A DNA stretch of 64,000 nt from Pusillimonas sp. (GTDB lineage: Bacteria > Pseudomonadota > Gammaproteobacteria > Burkholderiales > Burkholderiaceae_B): assembly GCA_040391135.1 (NCBI GenBank), contig JBEBYL010000013.1:3778-67777 (forward strand), in the 5' to 3' direction. The position numbers were made by a program, and so were the translations under genes. Below the pieces are notes generated by a model. That model ran no database searches, was not told the origin of the DNA, and saw nothing but the letters and a program-made list of their open reading frames with translations. Shown in pieces: positions 37,854 to 46,542 of this stretch; position 1 is the stretch's first letter; every line of letters starts with the position of its first letter.

Positions 37854-38021
37854 TCAATAGCCTACTGTGAAGCGACTGCGTGGATGCGCGGGCTGTTCAA
37901 GCTCATCCATCATCGCAACGGCGTAATCCTCAAGAGAAATACGGCTCTCGCCGGCATCATCGGCCAGCAGTTGGTCCTTGCGTGTACGAAGCGAAGACGA
38001 AGTCAGTTCACGAGTTACGTG
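37854..38021 (-). pseudogene. 5'-truncated remnant of an NAD(P)H-binding (NmrA/BVR-B-like) oxidoreductase gene
   Basis: My reverse translation gives ...[44 protein letters not shown]. This is the characteristic C-terminal ~45 aa of ~210-aa NAD(P)H-binding proteins. There is no upstream coding continuation or start. Confidence 0.55.
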
Positions 38022-38081
38022 TTAACTGACGATGCAGCCAAGAAACCAAACCAGCCACAGCGGAATACAGAGATAAGACGA

Positions 38082-39407
38082 TCAGGAAACCGTCTTCAAC
38101 ACATCTCCAATCTTCCCGAATATCTCCGAGATCTGGCCTTCCTCGATAATCAGCGGCGGCGATATCGCCAGGATGTCCCCGGTGTAGCGCACCATCAACC
38201 CCTGGTCGAAGCACTTCGCAAATACCTCCGCAGCACGCGCTCCCGGCGCACCCGGCCTAGGCGTCAGTTCTATACCAGCGACCAGTCCCAGATTCCGTAC
38301 ATCAACCACGTGCTTCGCGCCTTCCAACTGATGCGCCGCATCCTCGAACGCCTTCGACAGGCCCTGCGCACGCTTGAAAAGCTGCTCGCGCTTGTAGATG
38401 TCCAGCGTCGCGATGATTGCCGCCATCGCCAGCGGATGGCCCGAGTACGTGTAGCCATGGAAGAACTCGATGCCGTTGGCCGATGCATTCACGATGGTGT
38501 CGTGGATCTCGCGCTTCACGGCCACGGCGCCGGCCGGGACGCTGGCATTGCTGATGCCTTTGGCCAAGGCCATCAAATCCGGCGTCACGCCCAGGAACTC
38601 GCTGGCCGTGGCGGCGCCCAGACGTCCGAAGCCCGTGATCACTTCGTCGAAAATCAGCAGTATGCCGTGCTTCTCGGTAATGGCGCGCAGCCTTTCCAGA
38701 TAGCCTTTGGGCGGAATCAGGACGCCGGTGGAGCCGGCCAGCGGCTCGACGATGACGGCCGCGATGGTGGATGCGTCGTGCAGGGCGACGATGCGTTCCA
38801 GCTCATCGGCCAAGTGCTCGCCCCAGGCCGGCTGGCCGCGCGAGTTGGCGTTCTTGGACAGGTCGTGCGTATGCGGTAGATGGTCCACGCCGGGCAGCAG
38901 CGCGCCGGAGAACATCTTGCGGTTGGTTGAAATGCCGCCCACCGAAATGCCGCCGAAGCCCACGCCGTGGTAGCCGCGTTCCCGGCCGATAAGGCGGGTG
39001 CGCTGGCCCTCGCCGCGCGCCCGGTGATAGGCCAGGGCGATCTTCAGCGCGGTGTCGACGGATTCCGAACCCGAGTTCGTGAAGAAGATGCGGTCCATGC
39101 CGGCCGGCATCAGGCCAGCCACGGCCGAGGCCGCGCGGAAGGAGATGTCGTGGCCCAATTGGAAGCTGGGCGCATAGTCCAGTTCGGCGGCCTGGCGCGA
39201 AATGGCGTCGACGATTTCCTGGCGCCCATGCCCCGCGTTCACGCACCACAGGCCCGATGTGCCATCCAGGATCTCGTGGTCGTCGGCCGCGTAGTAATAC
39301 ATGCCCTTGGCTCGGGTCAGCAGTCGCGGCTGCTGCTTGAACTGGCGGTTCGCCGTAAAGGGCATCCAAAGATTGGACAGATCGGGAAGAGGGGCGTGGC
39401 TGGTCAT
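38082..39407 (-). CDS. Class-III (omega-amino acid--pyruvate type) aminotransferase
   Basis: The ORF is trimmed to MTSHAPLPDLSNLWMPFTANRQF... It has FTNSGSESVDTA, the DEVITGFGR and PLP-lysine region (LAKGISN). Confidence 0.9.
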   Translation of the reverse strand: MTSHAPLPDLSNLWMPFTANRQFKQQPRLLTRAKGMYYYAADDHEILDGTSGLWCVNAGHGRQEIVDAISRQAAELDYAPSFQLGHDISFRAASAVAGLMPAGMDRIFFTNSGSESVDTALKIALAYHRARGEGQRTRLIGRERGYHGVGFGGISVGGISTNRKMFSGALLPGVDHLPHTHDLSKNANSRGQPAWGEHLADELERIVALHDASTIAAVIVEPLAGSTGVLIPPKGYLERLRAITEKHGILLIFDEVITGFGRLGAATASEFLGVTPDLMALAKGISNASVPAGAVAVKREIHDTIVNASANGIEFFHGYTYSGHPLAMAAIIATLDIYKREQLFKRAQGLSKAFEDAAHQLEGAKHVVDVRNLGLVAGIELTPRPGAPGARAAEVFAKCFDQGLMVRYTGDILAISPPLIIEEGQISEIFGKIGDVLKTVS

Positions 39408-39454
39408 GATCACCTCGAAGACAGGGTTTGCAGACAGGTGCTTGGGTCGAGTGC

Positions 39455-39952
39455 TTATGCGCCGGGCCGCCGCGTGTATCGGACGAAATCGAAGGCCAGG
39501 CCGTTTTCTTCCGCTTGCGGCAGCCGTTCGACCTCTTGCCATACGGCGGGATCCAGCGCGGGAAAGTAGGTATCGCCTTCGATGTCCGCGTGGATTTCGG
39601 TGGCGACGATTTCATCGGCCAGGTCCAGGGCGTGGCGGAACAGTTGCTCGCCGCCTATGATGCAAGCCTTGTCGGCCGTGCCGCAGGCGGCAAGCGCCCC
39701 TTCCAGCGTCGAGAAAGTCGTAGCGCCTTCAGGCTGGTAGGCGAGGTTCCGGCTGACGACCAGGTTGGGCCGGCCCGGCAGCGGCCTGCCCAGCGATTCC
39801 CAGGTATTGCGGCCCATCACGATGGGGTGCCCCAGCGTCGTGCGCTTGAAATGCGCCAGGTCGGAAGGAAGCCGCCAGGGCAGGGCGTTGTCGCGGCCTA
39901 TGACGCGGTTTCTGGAGTAAGCGACGACAAGCTGTATGGTGGGCGAGGGCAT
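39455..39952 (-). CDS. folA: Dihydrofolate reductase
   Basis: The 165-aa ORF contains IGRDNALPWRLPSDLAHFKRTTLGHPIVMGRNTWESLG. Confidence 0.93.
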   Translation of the reverse strand: MPSPTIQLVVAYSRNRVIGRDNALPWRLPSDLAHFKRTTLGHPIVMGRNTWESLGRPLPGRPNLVVSRNLAYQPEGATTFSTLEGALAACGTADKACIIGGEQLFRHALDLADEIVATEIHADIEGDTYFPALDPAVWQEVERLPQAEENGLAFDFVRYTRRPGA

Positions 39953-39972
39953 GCGGTTCCGGTACGGGCGGG

Positions 39973-40767
39973 TCAGACGGCGACAGGCGCCTTGATGTGC
40001 GGGTGCGACTCATAGCCGACAATTTCGAAATCGTCGTAGACGTAATCGAAGATGGAGTCGGGTTTGCGCTTGATGTTCAGTTTGGGGTAGGGATAAGGTT
40101 CGCGCGACAGTTGCAGGGCGACCTGTTCCAGATGGTTGCTGTACAGGTGGCAGTCGCCGCCCGTCCATATGAAGTCGCCCACTTCCAGGTCGCACTGCTG
40201 CGCCACCAGGTGGGTCAGCAAGGCATAGCTGGCAATATTGAAGGGCACGCCCAGGAAGATGTCGGCGCTGCGTTGATACAGCTGGCAGGACAGCTTGCCG
40301 TTAGCCACATAGAACTGGAAGAAGGCATGGCAGGGCGGCAGGGCCATATTGGGGATTTCAGCCACGTTCCAGGCCGACACGATCAGGCGGCGGGAGTCGG
40401 GGTTTTTGCGTATTTGGTCCAGCAGTTGCGATATCTGGTCGATATGCCCGCCATTGGGTGTGGGCCACGACCGCCACTGCACGCCGTATACCGGTCCCAG
40501 GTCCCCGTTTTCGTCGGCCCATTCGTTCCAGATGCTTACGCCTTGTTCTTGCAGCCAGCGCACGTTCGAGTCGCCGCGAAGAAACCACAGCAATTCGATG
40601 AAAATGCTTTTGGTATGCAGCTTCTTGCTGGTGATCAGGGGGAAGCCTTCGGCAAGGTCGAAGCGCATCTGGTGGCCGAACACGGAGCGCGTTCCGGTGC
40701 CGGTCCTGTCGGTCTTGGCAATGCCATGTTCGTAGACATGGCGCATGAAATCTTCGTACTGATGCAT
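39973..40767 (-). CDS. thyA: Thymidylate synthase
   Basis: The 264-aa ORF contains [12 protein letters not shown] and the catalytic-Cys motif [13 protein letters not shown]. Confidence 0.97.
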   Translation of the reverse strand: MHQYEDFMRHVYEHGIAKTDRTGTGTRSVFGHQMRFDLAEGFPLITSKKLHTKSIFIELLWFLRGDSNVRWLQEQGVSIWNEWADENGDLGPVYGVQWRSWPTPNGGHIDQISQLLDQIRKNPDSRRLIVSAWNVAEIPNMALPPCHAFFQFYVANGKLSCQLYQRSADIFLGVPFNIASYALLTHLVAQQCDLEVGDFIWTGGDCHLYSNHLEQVALQLSREPYPYPKLNIKRKPDSIFDYVYDDFEIVGYESHPHIKAPVAV

Positions 40768-40818
40768 GAGTATCTGATGTATCTGTAGTGGTGGCGCAAG
40801 CGCCGGAGCGGCCGGCGG

Positions 40819-41241
40819 CTAGGCTTCGACAACCGTGGTCGAATGCGTGATCTCGGCGGTCTTGGCCAGCATGGCGCTGGCCGAGCAGTATTTCTCGTGC
40901 GACAGCTGCACGGCGCGCTCGACCGCGGCGGTGGGCAGGCCCTTGCCCGTGACGGTGAAGGCGAAATGGATTTTGGTGAAGACCTTGGGATCGGTCTCCG
41001 CCCGTTCGGCGGTCAGTTTAACCTGGCAGCCTGTTACGGCATGGCGGCCGCGCTTCAGGATAAGCACCACATCATAGGCGGCGCAGCCGCCGGTGCCGGT
41101 CAACACCATTTCCATGGGGCGCGGCGCCAAGTTGTGGCCGCCGCCGTCCGGGGCGCCGTCCATGGCGGTGACATGGCCGCTGCCCGTGCGAGCCACAAAC
41201 AGCATCCCTTCGGGACCGCCCCAATCTATCGTGCTTTCCAT
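40819..41241 (-). CDS. OsmC/Ohr family protein
   Basis: PRPMEMVLTGTGGCAAYDVVLILKR and SHEKYCSASAML carry the two conserved Cys. The start is uncertain, either ATG 41241 or TTG 41280. Confidence 0.75.
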   Translation of the reverse strand: MESTIDWGGPEGMLFVARTGSGHVTAMDGAPDGGGHNLAPRPMEMVLTGTGGCAAYDVVLILKRGRHAVTGCQVKLTAERAETDPKVFTKIHFAFTVTGKGLPTAAVERAVQLSHEKYCSASAMLAKTAEITHSTTVVEA

Positions 41242-41489
41242 ATCCGTTCTTCCGCTTTCAACGTTCAGGTGAAGGATCAATCATACTCATAAGCGTCCCT
41301 GGCGTCACATGCCCCGGGGTCGGCGCGAATCCGGGCCTCCCGGCTTGCATTACCAATATTCCACGTAGGGAGATTACGGGTTTCCCCTTATATATCTCTT
41401 ATGATTCCGGCAGTTCTATCGTGAAGCGATGTGCTTGCTCACAGCGGTCAAGACCGGCGTTCGCTTCCCGTCCCTGTTCCGGAGTTCTC

Positions 41490-43166
41490 ATGAACACCAT
41501 CACCATACTGCTTCTGACATTCATCCTTTCCGTCACGGGCCTGTTCGTTTTCATCTGGTCGCTGCGCAAGCACCTGTTCGACGATAACCCCGCCGCGGCC
41601 AATGTTATCTTTTCCGAGGGCGAGATCGGGAAAGTCGAGGAGCCGGCCGCCACGGCGGACCAGCACCGTGCGCTGCAAGAAGCGGTGGACGCCACCCATT
41701 CCTTCACCGCCGATGCGGCGCGCGACGCGCGCATGGCGGTGGAATTGGCCCAGCGTGTGCAGGCGGACCGTTCCACCGCCTATGTGACCTTCGTCTTCCT
41801 GGCCTGTGCGGTGGTATGGCTGATTTTCGCATCGACCGCCGGACTGATCAGCTCGATCAAACTGCATCAGCCCGACTTCCTGACCGACTATGCCTGGCTT
41901 ACCTTCGGCCGCATACGCACTTTGCACCTGAATGCGGTGGCCTACGGATGGGCGCCCATGGCGGCCTTCGGCATCGCCATATGGACTTTGCCTCGCCTGT
42001 TGAAGACGGAACTCATGGGCGGCCGCTTCGCGATCCTGGGCGCCATGTTGTGGAATGCGGGCTTGATCGCCGGCCTGGGCAGCATCGCCGCGGGTTTCAA
42101 CGATGGGCTGGAGTGGCTGGAAATTCCATGGCAGATCGATATCCTGTTCGTGATCGGCGGGGCGCTGATCGGCCTGCCCCTGGTGTTCACGCTGCAAAAC
42201 CGCAAGGTCGAGCACTTGTACGTTTCCATCTGGTACATGGGCGCGGCGCTGTTCTGGTTTCCCATTCTGTTCCTGGTCGGCAACCTGCCCGGCGTGCATT
42301 TTGGGGTGGAGCAGGCCACCATGAACTGGTGGTTCGGGCATAACGTGCTGGGCCTGTTCTATACGCCGGTGGCGCTGGCCTCGGTGTACTACTTCCTGCC
42401 CAAGATCATCGGCCGTCCCATACAGTCGTACAACCTGTCGCTGCTGGGTTTTTGGGCGCTGGCCTTCTTCTATGGCCAGGTGGGCGGGCATCACCTGGTG
42501 GGCGGCCCCGTGCCAAGCTGGCTTATCACGCTGTCCATCGTGCAGAGCATCATGATGATCGTGCCGGTGCTGGCCTTCTCGGTGAATCAGCACCTGACCA
42601 TGCGGCATCATTTCAAGACGCTGATCTATTCCCCCACGCTGCGTTTCATCGTGCTGGGCGGCATGATGTATACGCTCAGTTCCGTGCAGGGCTCCTTCGA
42701 GGCGCTGCGCAGCATCAACACGGTCACTCACTTCACGCACTTTACGGTGGCCCATGCGCACCTTGGGCTTTACGGCTTCTTCTCGCTGGTGATGTTCGGC
42801 GCGATCTATTTCGTGATGCCGCGCGTGATGTCCTGGGAATGGCCTTACCCCAGGCTTATCGCCCTGCATTTCTGGCTGGTCGTGGTCGGCTTCGGCATCT
42901 ATTTCATTGGCCTGAGCATAGGCGGATGGCTGCAAGGCGTGGCGATGCTGGACGCCTCGCGCTCGTTCATGGAGTCGGTGCGCGTGACCATCCCCTATCT
43001 TGAAGCGCGCAGCGTGGGCGGGGCGATCATGACGCTGGGGCACCTGGTATTTGCCGTGCACTTCGTCACCATGGCCTTGCGTTACGGCCGAAAGCGGGTG
43101 GGGCCCGCCCTGTTTCATAAACAATCCGCCGTCGCCGCGGCAGTGCCGGTGCCGATGGAGGCCTGA
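41490..43166 (+). CDS. cbb3-type cytochrome oxidase subunit I (CcoN-like) with an N-terminal CcoS/FixS-like segment
   Basis: The ORF is trimmed to MNTITILLLTFILSVTGLFVFIWSLRKHLFDDNPAAANVIF, which is CcoS-like. The body carries WWFGHNVLGLFY, GGHH and HFTHFTVAHAHLGLYG heme/Cu-ligand motifs. Confidence 0.82.
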   Translation: MNTITILLLTFILSVTGLFVFIWSLRKHLFDDNPAAANVIFSEGEIGKVEEPAATADQHRALQEAVDATHSFTADAARDARMAVELAQRVQADRSTAYVTFVFLACAVVWLIFASTAGLISSIKLHQPDFLTDYAWLTFGRIRTLHLNAVAYGWAPMAAFGIAIWTLPRLLKTELMGGRFAILGAMLWNAGLIAGLGSIAAGFNDGLEWLEIPWQIDILFVIGGALIGLPLVFTLQNRKVEHLYVSIWYMGAALFWFPILFLVGNLPGVHFGVEQATMNWWFGHNVLGLFYTPVALASVYYFLPKIIGRPIQSYNLSLLGFWALAFFYGQVGGHHLVGGPVPSWLITLSIVQSIMMIVPVLAFSVNQHLTMRHHFKTLIYSPTLRFIVLGGMMYTLSSVQGSFEALRSINTVTHFTHFTVAHAHLGLYGFFSLVMFGAIYFVMPRVMSWEWPYPRLIALHFWLVVVGFGIYFIGLSIGGWLQGVAMLDASRSFMESVRVTIPYLEARSVGGAIMTLGHLVFAVHFVTMALRYGRKRVGPALFHKQSAVAAAVPVPMEA

Positions 43167-43168
43167 TC

Positions 43169-43762
43169 ATGGAAAGCGAATACAAACTGCTGGGCGGGGC
43201 CATGGTGACCCTGGCCCTGGCGACTGCCACGCTGGTCGTCGTGCCTTATATGCAGCTGTCGGACACGCAGCCGTCCGAAGGGCTCAAGCCCTATACCTCG
43301 GCGCAATTGCGAGGCCGGCAACAGTACATCGAGAACGGCTGCGTCTACTGCCACACCCAGCAGCCGCGCGCGCAGTCCCAGGCGCCCGACTTCAAGCGGG
43401 GATGGGGCCGCGCGCCGGTGGCGGGCGACTATTACTACGATCATCCGCATTTGCTGGGCACCATGCGCACTGGCCCCGACTTGCTGAACATCGGCGCCCG
43501 CCAGCCCAGCGCGGACTGGAACCTGGGCCATCTGTACCAGCCTCGCGCGTACACGCCGGGCAGCATCATGCCGTCCTACCCCTATTTGTTCGAACTCAAG
43601 GACAAGGCCGAGAAGGGCGACAAGGTGGTAAGCCTGCCGCCGGCCTATGCGCCGGTGGGGCAAGTGGTCGTGGCCCGTCCCGAAGCCCTGGACCTGGTGG
43701 ACTACCTGCTGGCGCTGGATCGCACGTATCCGGTCAAGCCGCCGCCCGACGCCGCCCGATAG
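43169..43762 (+). CDS. cbb3-type oxidase subunit II (CcoO-like mono-heme cytochrome c)
   Basis: It has an N-terminal TM helix, the heme site CVYCH and a GPDLLNIG motif. It starts 2 nt after the ccoN-like stop. Confidence 0.8.
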   Translation: MESEYKLLGGAMVTLALATATLVVVPYMQLSDTQPSEGLKPYTSAQLRGRQQYIENGCVYCHTQQPRAQSQAPDFKRGWGRAPVAGDYYYDHPHLLGTMRTGPDLLNIGARQPSADWNLGHLYQPRAYTPGSIMPSYPYLFELKDKAEKGDKVVSLPPAYAPVGQVVVARPEALDLVDYLLALDRTYPVKPPPDAAR

Positions 43763-43816
43763 CCGTCATCCCGGCCGCGCGAAGGCCGGACGCAGAAAGA
43801 GTCGTTGGAGAACAGG

Positions 43817-44413
43817 ATGTCAGACACTTCCAAGAAAATCGAAGCCCAGCAGCGCGAGATGCCGGAGCCCTATGAAGGAAACCGGCCCATCCCGTGGCTG
43901 GTCATCCTCATCGTGGCGGGGATCTTTGCATGGGCGATCGGCTATATCGGTTTTACGCATCAGACCAATCCGCCGTCCTACGGCGACCGCCGCACGGCCG
44001 CCGATTTCAAGGTGGCGGCGACGACGGGCGGCGGGGCGGTGGACGGCGCGCAGATATACACCTCGCAATGCCTGGCCTGTCACCAGGCCGGCGGCCAAGG
44101 CTTGCCGGGCGTGTTTCCGCCGCTGGCAGGCTCGGAATGGGTCAATGGCAAGGCCACGCTGGCCGTACAGATTGTCCTGCACGGCATTACGGGCGACCTG
44201 ACGGTGGGCGGCACGCACTACAACGGCCAGATGCCGACGTTCAAGGACAAGCTGGACGATGCGCAGATCGCCGCGGTGGTCAGCCATATACGCGGCAGTT
44301 TCGGCAATTCGGCCGGCCCGGTCGATGCCGCCACGGTCAAGGCCCAGCGCGAGGCGACGGCGGCGCATACGCAGCCCTGGAACGGCGATGCCGAGCTGGA
44401 GGCGCTGAAATAA
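43817..44413 (+). CDS. Membrane-anchored mono-heme c-type cytochrome
   Basis: The start is ATG MSDTSKK. It has a TM helix (WLVILIVAGIFAWAIGYIGF) and a single CLACH heme site. Canonical CcoP is di-heme. Confidence 0.78.
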   Translation: MSDTSKKIEAQQREMPEPYEGNRPIPWLVILIVAGIFAWAIGYIGFTHQTNPPSYGDRRTAADFKVAATTGGGAVDGAQIYTSQCLACHQAGGQGLPGVFPPLAGSEWVNGKATLAVQIVLHGITGDLTVGGTHYNGQMPTFKDKLDDAQIAAVVSHIRGSFGNSAGPVDAATVKAQREATAAHTQPWNGDAELEALK

Positions 44414-44426
44414 GCGGCGGCTCCAC

Positions 44427-45056
44427 ATGAAATTGCTCCTGGCCGTGTTGATGGTCGGCGTACTGGGCGTTGGCGCCCTGTGCTTCCAGACCGACGGCTT
44501 TACCGTGCTGACCACCGAAGCGGCGCGGCGCGCCGACATTGCGCGGCATCCCAAGGCGCTGCCCGATGCGGCCTTGCGTATGAGCGCCGGCGTAAACGCC
44601 CCGTTTCTGCAGGCCTTGCGCGAAGACGGCCGCATCGCCATCGTCAACTTCATGTACACGCGGTGCTTCTCGATTTGCCTGGCCATGGGCGGCGAATTCC
44701 AGCAGTTGCAAGACGCCATCCAGCAAGGCGGACTGTCGGACCGCGTCCGCATCATCAGCCTTAGCTTCGATCCCGCCGATACGCCTGACGACCTGGCGCG
44801 TTACGCCGCCCGCATGCGGGCGCAGCCCGGCATCTGGCAGTTTGCCGGCATTGCCGACGCGGATAAGCGCAAGGCGCTGCTTGACGCCTTCGGCATCGTG
44901 GTGGTGCCGGCTCCCTTGGGACAGTACGAGCACAATGCGGCCTATCATGTGGTGACGCCTGAGGGACAGCTGGCTCGCATAGTGGATATCGGCGATGCCG
45001 CCGGCCTGCTGGATGATGTCTGGGCCCGGATTCGCGGCGTAGGGACGGTGCAATGA
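44427..45056 (+). CDS. SCO1/SenC family copper chaperone
   Basis: It has a signal anchor, a thioredoxin-like CFSIC motif and a downstream His (EHNAAYHV). Confidence 0.78.
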   Translation: MKLLLAVLMVGVLGVGALCFQTDGFTVLTTEAARRADIARHPKALPDAALRMSAGVNAPFLQALREDGRIAIVNFMYTRCFSICLAMGGEFQQLQDAIQQGGLSDRVRIISLSFDPADTPDDLARYAARMRAQPGIWQFAGIADADKRKALLDAFGIVVVPAPLGQYEHNAAYHVVTPEGQLARIVDIGDAAGLLDDVWARIRGVGTVQ

Positions 45057-45646
45057 CGGCTCGTGTCCGTGCCCTGGCCAGCGCGGCGGTATTGCTGCTT
45101 GCCGTGGCGCTCGACCCCTTCCTGACGCGCAGCATGAGCCTGCATATGCTGCTGCATATTCCCCTGATTTTGGTTTCGGGCATCCTGGCCGCCAGCGCGC
45201 TTTTTTCCGGCGGCATCGGCGAGGCGGGACGCCTTGGGCGCCTGCGCGAACATTATGCGAAATATAATGAGTACGGAATAGCCGGGCTGCTGCTATGCAC
45301 GTTCGTTGCCGCCTACTGGATGATACCCAGTTCGCTGGATCAGGTTCTGGTTTCAGTGCCGGCCCATGGCTTGAAGTACCTGGGCCTGTTTATTGCGGGA
45401 ATGGCGCTGTACGATTCCCTGCGCCGAAGCAATAGCGTGATAGACCTGTTTTTTTTGGGTAATTTTTCCTGGATGACGGCGATCGCGGGCCTGCTCTACC
45501 AGGACAACCCAGAGCGGCTCTGCAATTTTTACCTGCTGAGCGATCAGGAGATGGCGGGAAGGGGGCTGGTGGCCGTCGCTGTGCTTGTACCATTGGCCTG
45601 GTTGATCGCGGAGCGCCGGCGCATACGGCGGTTCTTGCGGCAGTGA
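45053..45646 (+). CDS. Polytopic membrane protein, possibly CtaG (caa3-assembly)-like
   Basis: It has an ATGA overlap with the SCO gene and several TM helices. The HMLLHIPLI motif is reminiscent of CtaG-type assembly factors. The call is weak. Confidence 0.45.
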   Translation: MTARVRALASAAVLLLAVALDPFLTRSMSLHMLLHIPLILVSGILAASALFSGGIGEAGRLGRLREHYAKYNEYGIAGLLLCTFVAAYWMIPSSLDQVLVSVPAHGLKYLGLFIAGMALYDSLRRSNSVIDLFFLGNFSWMTAIAGLLYQDNPERLCNFYLLSDQEMAGRGLVAVAVLVPLAWLIAERRRIRRFLRQ

Positions 45647-45671
45647 TTTACACGGAGCACGATAGAAGACA

Positions 45672-46361
45672 ATGGACAAGCAAAATACATTGAACGCCAA
45701 TTCGGGTTTTTCGCGGCGCATGGGCGTAGTGGATCGGATTCTGTCCGAGGCGGGGCGCGCGGTTCAGGTGCTGGATGGCTCCGTGCATGCCAGCCGCCCC
45801 AATCCCGCGGGCAAGCTTCCCTTGTCCGGCGAGGGGTCCGCGGCGCTGTCGCCGGCCGAGCAAAAGCACGCCGCCGGTCTTATGCGGGTAAACCATGTCG
45901 GAGAAATATGCGCCCAGGCGCTGTATCGCGGTCAGGCTTTGTTTTGCCGCGATGCATCAATCCGAGGAGTCTTGCATGGGGCGGCTTCCGAAGAGGTCGA
46001 CCATCTGGCGTGGTGCCGGGACCGCCTGCAGGAACTGCAAAGCCGCCCAAGTTTGTTGAATCCCCTGTGGTACGCCGGTTCGTTCTCGCTGGGAGTGCTG
46101 GCCGGCAGGGCGGGGGTGGGCAGGAACCTGGGATTCATGGCCGAGACGGAAAAACAGGTCGAACAGCATCTTGACCGGCATTTAAGCGAGCTTCCGCTTG
46201 CGGATAAACGCTCACGCGACATCGTGACGCAAATGCGCGACGATGAAATCAGCCACCGCAATACGGCCGAAACGCATGGCGCGCATAAGCTGCCCGGACC
46301 GGTCCGGCTCGCCATGAAGGCCATGTCCAAGGTCATGACCACCACGGCGTACCGGATCTAG
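45672..46361 (+). CDS. coq7: Demethoxyubiquinone hydroxylase Coq7
   Basis: The di-iron carboxylate motifs are [31 protein letters not shown] and DDEISHR. Confidence 0.9.
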   Translation: MDKQNTLNANSGFSRRMGVVDRILSEAGRAVQVLDGSVHASRPNPAGKLPLSGEGSAALSPAEQKHAAGLMRVNHVGEICAQALYRGQALFCRDASIRGVLHGAASEEVDHLAWCRDRLQELQSRPSLLNPLWYAGSFSLGVLAGRAGVGRNLGFMAETEKQVEQHLDRHLSELPLADKRSRDIVTQMRDDEISHRNTAETHGAHKLPGPVRLAMKAMSKVMTTTAYRI

Positions 46362-46507
46362 ATTTTACGGAACGGCTTTGTAACAGAGTGCGAGGGCAAG
46401 GGTTAACACTTAATTACCCCTTTCCGCTTTTAGCTGTGGCATAGTACGAATGACAGTATGAAAAAAGCCACAAAGTAGCTGAGTTACAGTTTTTCCGGCT
46501 TTTTATC

Positions 46508-46536
46508 TTGCATCGCACAAAAGAACGCTATATACT
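46508..46536 (+). promoter_or_regulatory. Sigma-70-like promoter
   Basis: TTGCAT (46508-46513), a 17-nt spacer, then TATACT (46531-46536), in an AT-rich intergenic region. Confidence 0.45.
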
Positions 46537-46542
46537 TTAGTT

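Noticed and set aside
37884-38879. A 331-aa plus-strand ORF spanning the island edge and the aminotransferase gene.
   Set aside because: Its 3' two-thirds is antisense to the aminotransferase. Its 5' part is antisense to the oxidoreductase remnant. It has no recognisable domains.
41281-41489. An FNR/Anr-type box (TTGAT-N4-ATCAA) upstream of the cbb3-like operon.
   Set aside because: The closest match (TTGCTcacagcggTCAAG) has the wrong spacing and half-sites.
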